The notes under the pieces are model-generated. The model was not told where the DNA came from, searched no databases, and was given only the letters and a program-made list of their open reading frames with translations. This document shows positions 35,606-46,833 of a stretch of DNA of 64,000 nucleotides, piece by piece; within the stretch, counting starts at the first letter, position 1, and every line of letters starts with the position of its first letter. This stretch comes from Cyanophora paradoxa CCMP329. Lineage: Eukaryota > Plantae > Glaucophyta. The position numbers and the translations under genes were made by a program. The stretch is taken from assembly GCA_004431415.1 (NCBI GenBank), contig QPMI01000093.1, positions 62,001 to 126,000 of the forward strand, read 5' to 3'.

Positions 35606-36352
35606 GGCCCCGGGCGAGGCGCCCCCGCCCCTCCCTCGGCACCTCCCCCCCGGGACCGGTCCGGGCCGCGTCGCATCCCTTTCCCCGTTCGCGGCGAGTC
35701 GGCGCCGGGACGCGTGGTGGCCGGCGGCCGGCGGCCGGCGAGGCGCGGGCGCCCGCGCCCCGCCCACGGTACCTTCCAGCGGCCCGGGAACCCCCTCGCC
35801 CCTCGCCTTCCGGACTCCGGGAGGACCGGGGGAGACGGCGGAGGAACGGTCAGCGGCGGGCGGGCCCGCCTCCCTTCCATGCGGGTGCTCCAGTTAGTGT
35901 CGTTCTTCTTTGAATTCCGGCTGCGCATGCGCAGAGACTCGAGCTCGGGCCCGCCCTCGGCCCGCTCCCGCGCCTCTCTCGGAGTCCTTAGCTTCAGGAG
36001 TCGTACCGTAGTGCGGCTTCCGCCACCGCGCGGCGCGGTTCTAGATCTGATGAGAAATTTCCGGAGTTCGGCGCTCAGCGGCTAGCCTAGTTCAACGGTT
36101 CTCCGATTCCGAAGTTCCTACCGTAGTACACCGTAGCTATTTAGGGCGCGGCCCGGCGGTGAGAACATGCACTGCGTCATGATAATGCGCACGCGCATGC
36201 AGCTGCAGGGCACCGGCCGGCGCCGGGGCTGCAGCTGATCATGATCATGCATTTGAGCGCTCCTAGGGCCTCACCGTATACCCCCCCTTCGTTCGCTGGA
36301 ATCGCCGCCGCAGCTGCGACGTCCGACGCAACAGCAGCGACGAATTCGAACG

Positions 36353-37256
36353 ATGCCGGAAAGGAGCGCGGTCGAGGCCGCTGCGATTCTTCGGCAAACC
36401 CTGAAACTGCACGAGGACCGCGTTCAGGTCTACAGGCAGTTCGAGACGTGCGCCCGCTAGCGGCCGCAGCCGCTCCGCGTGTTCATTTCTGACTCACGCT
36501 CTTCATGGGACCTCACAGGGCGTTCAAGGTGCGACCGCGCCGGCCAGCGCTCGCGCGCGCCTGACCGGTGCTCTCGCCAGGCGTACATAGAGAGCAAGGA
36601 CCACGCTGCCTACGCTACGGCAAACCAGCAGGTCGTCTCGGGCTTCAACCGCGTGAACGAGGGCGTCCGGGCACTTCAGGCCGCGCTGAAGGATGCGCAA
36701 GGGCGCGAGGACCTCGCTGCGCTGCTCGCTGCGGTCCAGGTGGCAGAGAAGGAGAAGTTCAAGCTGGTGCGCCGCCGCACGCGCACGCGCACCCCGAGCC
36801 GTCCTCCGCGGCTCGGCGCACCGGCTGACGGTGGGGCCGGGGCGCAGACGATCGAGCGACATTTGCTTATGAAGGCGCAGCTCATCGACATCACAGACGA
36901 AGACGAAGCGGAGGAGAAGGAGCCCGTCTACAAAGCACAGGCACGCGGACTCCGCTGCGCGGACGCCCCGCCGCCGCGTGCCGCCCGCGGCCGGTGGCTA
37001 GCGCGACCCGATCCGCTGACACGCGCGCGCGCAGCTGCAGCGGAACGCGCGAGAGATCGCAGAAGCGATCGATTCGGTGAACGAAGCGCTGTCGGAGGTG
37101 GGTGCGGGGCGCGTCCGGGCGGGACGGCGTGGGCGCTGCTTCGTTCGCCCTCGCCGAGCCGAGCTGGGCGCTGACCGCGGCGCGCTTCGTTCGCAGGTTC
37201 GGATCGCGCTGGACGAGCTCGGGGTGGAGCCGGAGGGAGGGGACGGGGGCAGCTAG
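36353..37256 (+). CDS. REX1-B (required for excision 1-B) domain protein, ~168 aa, 6 exons
   Basis: Exons 36353-36447, 36519-36528, 36581-36766, 36848-36940, 37035-37097 and 37197-37256 join in frame. The protein LHEDRVQVYRQFETAFKAY...FNRVN...VQVAEKEKFKLT...AIDSVNEALSEVR matches the helical pattern I recall for the REX1-B family. Confidence 0.8.
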
Positions 37257-38269
37257 CGGCTAGTCCCGCGCCGCCCTGGCAGCTGCGACAAGCTCCGGAT
37301 CCGCGCGCCCCGCACGGGCGCAAGCCGTTCGACGGTTGAACTCGCCCCAGCATTTCTACCCCCCTTACGCCTCCAACCCCTCCCTGCTCCTATTTCCGCC
37401 CCGCCCCGCCCCGCCCTTACCGAGCCGCCGGCCCACGGTTGGCGCGGCGGCCCGGCCCTCCTCCCCAGCCGGCCCACCGAGGCTCAGCTCCAAGTCCTCT
37501 CCTCTCCTCTCCCGGAGTCCCGCCCGCCCGTCCGCCCGGCCCAACCGGTACCGTGCACAGCCCGGCCGCCATCAGCGCGCCTTGCCTCGGGCCCCGGCCC
37601 TACCCGCCCGGCCGGCCATTCGAATTCCGCTCAGCACGGCCCTCGTTCACTTCCCAATCCAATCCGAAGCATGGCGCCGGCCCACCCGCGTTCATGATCA
37701 CATCCCAATCGAAAAACGTGCACCTTGTCGCGTGCGAGATTAGTGTGTCTAATCGTGCGCGCGGGATGCCCGTGCAGAGTGCAAGCTCGGCAGGGCAGGG
37801 TTTGGCGAGTGCTGCAGCTGTTTGCCACCGTGATGTATGCCTAGCATTGCATTGCATGCCGCCAGCGCCCCATGGCCAGGGCCGGGTCCTAGTTCGATGC
37901 GAGGGCGAATGCGCATTCAAACACACACAACCACATGCCGAGCATATCGACGTGCAGTATGCTAAAAAGATAAAATGACGGTTCCGAAATGAGTAAAATA
38001 CTGAGATTATGCTGGAGCTAACGACTAACTAGTGACTGATGATGGGGACACTTGCATGCTACGTATGGTACAACAAGAGCAATTTACAAGAGCAGCTCAC
38101 ACCGCTCCATGAAAACACTTCCTTGAAAGTCTCGAAGAGAAGAAGAAGATAAACCGCAGAAGAGGACAACCATGCCAGACCAGAAGAAGCGAAACAGAAG
38201 CTGTACAGTACATAAGGCGGCCGTCGGCGCCGCCGCCGCCAGGCCGCGCGGCTAAGGACGGCTAGACGG

Positions 38270-41139
38270 CTACGCAAAGCCGAACTCCTTCATGCGCGCC
38301 AGGGCGCGGCAGAGGGAGGAGGACTTGGCGCCGGCCGGCTCGACGCCGCTCTGTGCAAGCGGAAAGAAAGGGCGAAGTCAGCGCGCGATCGATCGATCGA
38401 TCCGGCATGGATTCGGGAGTAAGCGGACGGACCTTGACGCAGGGCGGGCGCTCGCTGCAGCCGCAGGGCGAGGCCGCCTCCTCCTCCTTCTCGCCGGAGC
38501 AGACGGCGAGCTCCAGGAGGTCCCCGTCCTTGACCCGGTGGTCCAGGGTCACGAGCTCGCCGTTCACGCGTACGCCGCAGTAGCGGCGGCCGGTGCTGTT
38601 GCCCTCCGCGGCGCCCATGATGCTCGCCGCGTCGAAGGCGGAGCTGCCGGTGGCCAGCTCGAGGATGTCACCCTTGGCCGTGATGATCACGACGGACTCC
38701 TGCGTCGGGTACTCGAGCCCGCCGACCTCCGACGCGTCGGGGACGGGCGGGAGCGTGAAGGGCGATTCGACGGCGGCTGCGGCCGCCGGGAGGACGTGCC
38801 GTGGGTCGACCGCCTCGACCTTCTCGCGCGTGACGGCGAAGGTCACGAGGCGCTGGCGCCACGCGAGCATCTCGCGGAGCCACTTGATCTTGTGGTCGAT
38901 GAAGTCGGCGCGGCCCGTGTTGTTCTCCTTGTAGCGCCAGTGCGCCGCGACGCCGTACTCAGCCACCTGGTGCATCTCCCGAGTGCGGATCTGCACCTCG
39001 ACGACCGTCTCCGCGCCCGTCTGCGGGTCCTTGAGCACGACGGCCGTGTGCAGCGACTGGTAGTTGTTCTTCTTGGGGCGGCGGATGTAGTCGGCGAACT
39101 CGGTCGGCAGCGGCGTCCAGAGCGCGTGGACCGCGTCCAGTACGCGGTAGCAGTCCTCGATCGAGCCGACGAGGACGCGCACGGCGCGGAGGTCGTAGAT
39201 GCGGTCCAAGTCGTAGTTCTTCTTCTGCATCTTCTTGTAGACCGAGAAGAGGTTCTTCGTGCGCCCCGAGATCTCGTGCGGGATGCGCGACTGCTCCAGC
39301 TCCGCGCCGAGGGCCCGCATGGTGCCCATGACCTTCGCCATCGACTCGTTCTCGTTGCCGAGCTGCACGCGAAGGGCGCGGGCCTCGTCCGGCTGCAGGA
39401 TCTCGAAGCAGAGGTCTGCGGGCGGGCGCGAGCAGCGGTGAGCGAGGGCCCCGCGGCGGACGCGGCCCGGCGCGGCGCGGCGCCGGACGAAGGAACGAAC
39501 CCTCGAGCTCGGCCTTCATGTGCTGGATGCCGAGGCGGCTGGCGAGCGGCGCGAAGACGTCGAGCGTGTCCTGCGCCATGTTGATCTGCTTCTCCAGCGG
39601 GAGCGCGTAGGCGGTCCGCATGTTGTGCAGCCGGTCCGCCATCTTGATGAGGACGACGCGCCCGTCGCGGATCATGGCGAGCATCATCTTGTTCAGGCGG
39701 TCCCGCTCGTCGGCGTCGAGCGACTCGCCCCGGGAGCGCATCAGCTGCGTGATCTGGCTGAGCTTCGACACCTGCGGGGGCGCGCGGGTTCAGACGCCGG
39801 ACACCGGGCAAAAGAAAGGCAAGAGAGAGGGCGCGGACCCCGCCGACGAGGTCAGCGACGCCGAAGCCGAACTTGGCGCGAAGCGTGTCGATCGTCATCA
39901 GCGTGTCGTCCGTCGTGTCGTGCAGGAGAGCAGCCTGCAGACACGGTCAGGGTCCGGGGCGCTGCGGCAACGCGCGAGGCGCCCGGCCCGCACCTGGAGA
40001 ACCTCGTCCTCCATCCCGAGCTCCGCGAGGATGACGGCCGTCTCGATGCAGTGCACGACGTACGGATCGCCCGTTTTCCTTATTTGACCCTTGTGCACTG
40101 CGAACGAAAAGGTCAGCGATCAAAAGGAAGATAGCTATGGCTGTGGCGCACTCTCTTTCGCCGTCTGGTAGGCCAGCTCCAGCGCCGCGCGTCTGAACAC
40201 CGGGAACTTCTGCTGCGTCTCTTGCCAGACCTTGTCTTCCGGATCCTCGAAGGGCTCGGCTCCGACCGACGAGCGCTTCGATGGCGACAGCGGCGTGTCG
40301 AGATCGAACTTGCGGCTCTCTCTCCGCTTCCGCCGCAGCGTGTCCAGGAGCCGCTTGTCGACCGTGCGCGGCAGATGCGTTGTCCGCCCCTCCAAGCTGT
40401 CCAGCATCATGTCAAGCCCCTCCAGCTCCATCGGGAAAACGGCATCATCGGGCCGCCATGCTGGTGACGCGGGCGGGCTGCTCTCCTCGTGCTGCGGGGG
40501 GCTAGAGGGAGCCTTCGGAAGCACGAAGCTGCTGCGCCGGCTGTGTGCCTGGCCGACGGCTGCCGAGACTGGCTCAAAGGACCGCGCGATCTGCTGAGTG
40601 TTCTCCGAGGCGTCCACGCCGACCTCCGCAGGACTAGGGAAACTGTCGAGTATTTTCCGGAGCCAAGCTGTCCCGCAGCGATCAGTGGCAAGGTCGGACG
40701 CGGAAAGAGGTTCTGGGAAACGCGAACCTGTGCTGGTCGAGGTGGGGAAGCTCAAGGGCACCGGAGAAGACGAGGACATTGAGCGGGGAAGAGGCATACG
40801 AGGGGCGCTGGACTGGCTGCTGTCGTCCATGCCAACAAGGTTGGTGCCGCTGTTCGACTTCTTGAAAGTCGGCAGCTCCGGGGGCTGAGAGGTGGACAAA
40901 AGCTTGTCATCTGCTGGCGTCCGGCAGTTTCTGCTGCCAGGAGGCGGCGTGGTTGAAGGAACGGAGGGCGGCCGTTCCCGCCGCTGAATGCCGTCGCTCT
41001 GCTGAAGGGCCGCCTTCAGGCTGCTTTTGCGGCTTGGAGGCCTATCTACATGCTTGCAATGCTTGGAATCCGGCTGTGGGAGGATCGCGTGGCCTCCGGG
41101 TGGCGACCCGACGACGGCCGCGAAAGCCTGAGCGTCCAT
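38270..41139 (-). CDS. RSH: RelA/SpoT homologue (ppGpp synthetase/hydrolase, RSH2/3-like, probably plastid-targeted) with TGS domain
   Basis: Spliced model containing HKGQIRKTGDPYVVH, ALLHDTTDDT, IKMADRLHNMRT, FAPLASRLGI, GRTKNLFSVYKKM, DLRAVRV, DYIRRPKKNNYQSLHT, EVQIRT, GVAAHWRYKE, a TGS domain (VRVNGELVTLDHRVKDGD) and a long Ser/Pro-rich N-terminal extension. Confidence 0.96.
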
Positions 41140-41689
41140 GCTTCAACTACGGCCGCTGACGGGTCTCTGTGGTTCCAATCCAATCAATCTGTGGCCGGAG
41201 ATCACATTAGCGTCGCCGCGGGCGGCCGCCAAGGCGGCGGCGGGCGCGGGCGCGATTAAGCTCTCCCGCGCCCAGGAGCTCCGAACCCGAGGGAGGGGCA
41301 CCTTGCAGTCCTAAGCCTCCTGGAGCCTCCTATCGTCCTAGAGGGCTGCTGGCGCTGTCTGATCTCGTAGGGCCGACCGCGGCTTTCCAATTGCGAGAGA
41401 CCGTTTCTGCCTGTACCCGGGGGTCCGCCTCTTAAAGCCCTCTTTATGAGGAACCCGCGGCTCATAAGTGAGCCTCCGAGTCCGTGTTTTGGGTGCCAGA
41501 GAGCCTCAACGGGTCGAAGTACTGCGTCGTCGGGTGCACCAGCGCTCCCCGAAGCAGGCAGTCCGATCGCTCACGTTCCGCCCCGTTGCCAGGTCGCGGG
41601 TCGGACGGTCTGGGTGAAACGGATGCACGCCCGGCTCTGGCAAGCTTCGAATGTGGCTGGCGCACGCGTGCGTCGAGCGAGCTCGAGCT

Positions 41690-43540
41690 CGAGTTCCGCG
41701 TGTACGCGCATCGCGCTCGGCGGGCGTGCCCGGGCCCACCGGCGTCCTCTGTATCTTAGCTGCAGCGTCGGTACGTTGTTGCACGCCGGGTACTCAGCGG
41801 ATTCGGTCCAAGGTGCTGGCTGGGCCGTCCACGACGCGGTGCGCATGCGCTCTAGTGCCCGCCCCGCCTTGCGCGAGCGGTGCTGCCGCCGCCCCCGCGC
41901 GCCACTCACGCTCACCGCAGCGCTGGCAGAGCCCCGCGCCGCTCGCCGCGGGCTCCCCCGAACTCTGGAGGAGGTGCGCATGCATATGCCCGCCGGCGGC
42001 TCGCAGCGGGCTGCGGACCCACACCAAGCCGCGCCAAGCGACGGCGGGGCGCTCCTCCGTCGCCCCGCCGGCCTTGGCCTCGGCCAGGGCTTGTAGGGAG
42101 AAGGGAGCAGGCGCAGGCGGCCGCCGGGATCGAGCCGCGCCCCCCTCTCGTGAGCCATCCCCGCCAACCCCAGCGCCGCGCTGACGCCGCGCCGACGGCG
42201 GCGCCAGCCAGCCGCGTCGCCCCGCACCGCCCCGCGCGGGCCCCGCGTCCGCCGCGGTCGAGCTGCCCGTGCCCAACCTCTCCGCCCCTCCGGTGCGCAC
42301 GTCCCGCCCGCCCGCCGGCCCGCCGCCGCGCCGCCGCCGCGCTGACGGCCGTGCAGGACGCAGGGGAGCGGGCGGAGGACGCGCGTCCCGCCCCGCCCCG
42401 CCCCGGCCCGTCCCGCTGCCCCATCTTCTTCATCGCAGCCCGTCCCGTGCGCCCCCCCGCCCGCCCCGCCCGCCCGCGGGCCGCCGCCGCGCCGACGACG
42501 GAGCAGAGGGGCGCGCGCGGGCGACGAGCGCAGAGTCTCCGCCTCGCTCCGCGCCGTCCTCGCCGCCCGCCCGCCGGTCCGGCCCACGTGCCTCCCCGTG
42601 AGCCTCGCCGCCGCCCGCCGCCCGCCGGCCCGGCCCGCCAGTGCCGCTGGTGCGCCCCGCCCCGCCCTGCCCCTCCCCTCCTGGCCGCCGACGCCGCGCT
42701 GACGGCAGCGCAGGACGCAGGGGCGCAGGGGAACGGGCGGAGGACGCGCGCCCCGCCCGCCCCGCCCAGCCGCTGTGCCGGCCCGCCCGCCGCCGCCCGC
42801 GGGGCCGCCGCGGGGCCGCGCCGTGTCGACGGCGGCGCAGGAGGGCGAGCGGGCGACGATCGCAGCGGCTGTCTGTCCTCGATTCATCCGACGGCACCCC
42901 GTCCGCCCTGCTCCGCTCTGCCCGCCTGGCGCCCCTCTGGCCCGTTTAGCCCGCACCGTGGGCCCCGCACCGCCCGCGCGGGCGCGCGGCCGCCACGGTC
43001 GAGCTGCCTGCGCCCCGCCGCTCCGTCCCTCCGGTGCGTCGGCCTTGTCCCGCCCGCGGGGCCGCCGCGGGGCCGACGGCCGTGCAGGAGGGCGAGCGGG
43101 CGACGATCGCAGCGGCGGTCTGCCCCCGATGCACCCGACGGCGCCCCGATCTGCCCCGTTCGCGCCACCGCCCACCGGCCCTCCGTCCTGCCGGCCCTGC
43201 CGGCCCTCGCCACCGCCCCGTGTGCCTCGCCGCCGCCCGCCGCCCCTGCCCCACCCGGGCCTCCGCGGCGCCCCGCCCGCCGCGCCCCGCCGCGCCCCGC
43301 GGGCGGGGCCAGCTCGCGCGCGCGGCCTGCGAAGCGCCCGTCGCTCGTCGGCGGCGGGGCGGACGGCTTCGCTCTCGAGAGCGGTGCACGTACACGGCGG
43401 TGCGGACGTACCCCCCTGCCCCGCCCGCTCCCCGGCCGATGCCTCCGCAGGGGCGACCTGCTTCGGGCCGGCGGCGGGCGGACCGTACCCGACGGGAGGC
43501 CCGCAGGCCTCGCAAGCCGGGGTACAGGGGTTCGGCGTCC
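41690..43540. repeat. GC-rich diverged direct repeat, copy 1 (with internal sub-repeats)
   Basis: Colinear with 43990-45235. Shared blocks include gaactctggaggaggtgcgc, gctgacgccgcgccgacggcggcgccagccagccgcgtcgccccgcaccgccc and ggcccgcaggcctcgcaagccggggtacaggggtt. Confidence 0.85.
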
Positions 43541-43989
43541 GAGTTCCCTTATCGACGTCGCCCTCCCCCCCCCCTTACCCTTGGACCCCCTCTAAACTCA
43601 TGAGGGGTACAGGTTCAGTCGCCTCCGAGGAGCGGGAGTTCAGGGGTTCGGCCCTCGTGCGTCGACGTCCCTCCGACTAAGCCCGCTCAACCCGGGCCCA
43701 GGTACCCCTCCCGACCGTCCCCCCCCCCCTCCCCCCCCAGGCCGTGCCGAAGTAGGCGGGGAGCGAGCTTCCGTGCAGCGACGACCCTAACCCCCTTAGA
43801 AGGCGCATGCAGTCGTACGTACCCCGGTCCTTCCCCCCCCCCCCCCAGGGACCCGCTCACCCCGAGCCTCAGGTGAAGCGCCCACTCGCTTCAGGTGAGA
43901 TGCTACGGCCCTCCGGCGAGCTGCTTCAGCCTCCAGCCAGGCAGCCCCCCGCCCGCCCCGGCGAGCTGCCGACGCCCGCACCCCCGCAG

Positions 43990-45235
43990 ACGCCGGACTC
44001 GAGCTCGAGTGCCGCGTGCGTGTACACGCAGCGCGCTCGGGCGTGCCAGCGGGTCCAGGGTCGGCCCCCTGCTTCAGGACGGGCCCTCGGCGGATCCAAG
44101 GTTCTGGCTGGGCCCGCGACGCCTTCCGCCGGCGGGCCCGCCGCCACCTTCCAGCCTCGGCGCGGTGCGCTCCCGGGCCCGCCACGCCTTCCGCCGGCGG
44201 CGCTGCTGCCGCCGCCGCCGCCCCCGCACGCCGCTCATGCTCAGCGCAGCGCTGGCAGGGCTCCGCACCGGTCGCCGCGCCTCTCCCGAACTCTGGAGGA
44301 GGTGCGCCTGCGGGCCCACGCCAAGCCGCGCCAAGCGCCGGCGGGGCGCTCCTCCGTCGGCCCGCCAGCCTCGGCCTCGGCCAGGATGCGCGCGCGGCCC
44401 CGGGCCCCCCGGCGCGGTCGCCGAGAGGGGCGCAGGCGGCCGCCGGGATCGAGCCGCGCCGGCCCCTCGTCGCAATCGCAGCCCTCGCCCCGCCCGCCCC
44501 GTGGCCGGGCCGCCGCCGCGCTGACGCCGCGCCGACGGCGGCGCCAGCCAGCCGCGTCGCCCCGCACCGCCCCTGCGCGGGCCCCGCGGGCCCGAGGTCG
44601 AGCTGCCCGTGCCCCGCCCTCGCGATCGACCCCTCCGCTGCGCCCGCCCTCCCCGCCCGCCGGCCCACCGCCGCGCCGCCGCCGTGCCGCCGCCGAGCTG
44701 ACCGCGTCACAGAGGAGCGGGTGGAGGACGCGCGTCCCGCCCCGCCCGCCCCGGCCCGCCCCAGCCCGGCCCGCTGCCCCATCGTCGCCATCGCAGCCGT
44801 TCCCGTGCGCCCGCCCCGCCCGCCGACCCGCCCACGAGCCGCCGCTGTGTCGACGGCGGGGCAGGAGGTCGAGCGGGCGGCGATCACAGCGGCATGCTTC
44901 TGCCCCCGACGCACCCGACGGCGCCCGCTTCGCCCCGCTCCGCCCCGTCCGCGCCATCGCCCGCCGGCCCCCGGCCCTGCCGGCCCTCCTCGCCGCCGCC
45001 CCTCCCTGCCCCGCCCTCTTAGACCCCGCGGGCGGGGCCAGCTCGCGCGGCCTGCGGAACGCTCGTCGCTCGTCGTCGGCGGGGCGTATACGGCGGTGCG
45101 GACGTACCCCCCCCTCCCCCCCCCTGCTCCGCCCGCTCCCCGGCCGGCGCTTCCGCAGGGGCGGCCTTCTTCGGGCCGGCGGCGGGCGGACCCGGCGGGA
45201 GGCCCGCAGGCCTCGCAAGCCGGGGTACAGGGGTT
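43990..45235. repeat. GC-rich diverged direct repeat, copy 2
   Basis: See copy 1. Confidence 0.85.
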
Positions 45236-45987
45236 CTTTTTCATGCCCCGGACCCTCCTCTCCGTCGGCAACCTTCACGAGGTGCACGCCCGCCCCCTCC
45301 CCCGCGCCACCCCCCCCCACCCCCCCCCCCCCCCCCCCCCCACCCCCCGCCCCCCGTTGGGGCCCCGCGCTCCGCCGCCCCTGCGCGCAGTGGCGGGCAC
45401 TGGCCAGAGGAAGCCGCCCGCATCGAGCACTGGCCTGGAGGGGTGCGGTCCCGCCCTCCCCGGTCGAGCCGCTGGCGCCCCCCTCGCCAACCTCAAGCTC
45501 CCCGCGCCGCTGCCGCGCCGCTGACGGTCGTGTATCAGGCTGATGCGTGGCCCGGTCGCCAACTGGGGCGGCAGCACGCGAACTCTGCCGCCGGTTCGCC
45601 CGAGCCGTCCCGCCCCGACCGCCCGCATCCGACGGCCGCGGCGCAGATTGCCGGCGGACCCAGGAGGACGCTGTTGCCCAGTAGTGGCCCAGTGGGGCCG
45701 CACTCTCGAGGCAGTAATCCACTTCAGGACTCCAATCTTTCCAGCTCTCCGTTTCGAATTCTTTCGCAGTGGGTGCCTATTCGCCCTTGCAGCTTGGATA
45801 TTCGATGGTAGATGGAACTCCCGCTTCCTGCCTGCTGGGCGCCAAGGTAGCGGGCTCCTGCCCGCTGGGCGCCTCTCCGGCTGCCGCGAATCACCTTGGC
45901 GGTGCCTCCACCCCTCCTCTAGCCGGTTAGCCGCGCGTCCGTTAGGAATCCGCTCAGCTGTACGCGTGGTCCAAGTTCCGCGCCCTG

Positions 45988-46476
45988 GTGATGGGACGGG
46001 ATCGGCAGCGGCCGGCTGCGGTTATCAAGGTCAAGGCGCACAGCGACGAGGATATGCACGAGCTAAACGACGCCGCCGACAGAGCGGCCGATCAAGGCGC
46101 GCACCTGGAACAGGAGGAACTGGACGAGAACATCTTCCTGCCGCCCGAGTTCAGCATGCCGGCAGTGCTGACGATCGAGGGACCGACCGGGATAGTCAGG
46201 CGAGTCGAAGGCGACCCTCGGCGGCACGCCGCTGTGCTTCACGCGCACCACACGCACTTCGCGTGGGCGAACCAGCTCAATGCCGGGGAGTGGCTACGGC
46301 TGCCAGTGGATCACGGCGCAGTATACGATCAGATGGCTATGGGGCCCCGCCGAGTCGGCGTGAGCCGAGAGAGCAACTGCTTCCGGGGTACGCACATCGG
46401 TCCTCTCTGTAGGCACCCTTGTCCTGAGGGGGGTTATAGTAGCTCAGCTCTGCTTCGGCTCTCTAGGCAGGTGTAG
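45988..46476 (+). pseudogene. Retroelement relic: C-terminal half of an RNase H domain
   Basis: Intron-less ORF with VIKVKAHS-x6-NDAADRAA (RNase HI motif W/KVKAH..GNExADxLA). No upstream RT is visible. Confidence 0.7.
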
Positions 46477-46833
46477 GCAGCGTTTCTAGGCAGGTATAGG
46501 CTCTTTCTCCAGTATAATAGCTCCACCCGGTCCGATGTCTGAAAGGCTTAGTCCCGTAGCCTAGTAGGTTCATCTCTCGACTTGACACAGATGGACACAT
46601 CAGTTTTATCCTTAGCCATTTGTCTCGGTGTGTGCGAATTCAGACGTATATGTCCCTCCACGAAGGCATTTCTCCGTCTTCAAACTCTTAAGAGTCAAGA
46701 TGATTCCCGCCCCCTCTCCCCCCCCTCCCCCCCCTCCTCCCCCCCCCCCCCACACTCGCGGCCGACCCATCCGAACCCCGAATAACGATGCTCTCAAATT
46801 TCGAAACAGCGCATGCATTGCTTGCACTTACAG

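Noticed and set aside
36241-36352. Upstream TFB5/REX1-S cistron as in the Chlamydomonas bicistronic REX1 mRNA
   Set aside because: No TFB5-like sequence visible upstream of the REX1-B start.
38270-39770. Toxic small alarmone synthetase / toxin-antitoxin system
   Set aside because: Full-length intron-containing HD+SYNTH+TGS RSH with no antitoxin context.
41571-45722. Long 490-580-aa ORFs on both strands
   Set aside because: R/P/A/G-rich shadow ORFs of very GC-rich diverged repeats; frames are not conserved between the two copies.
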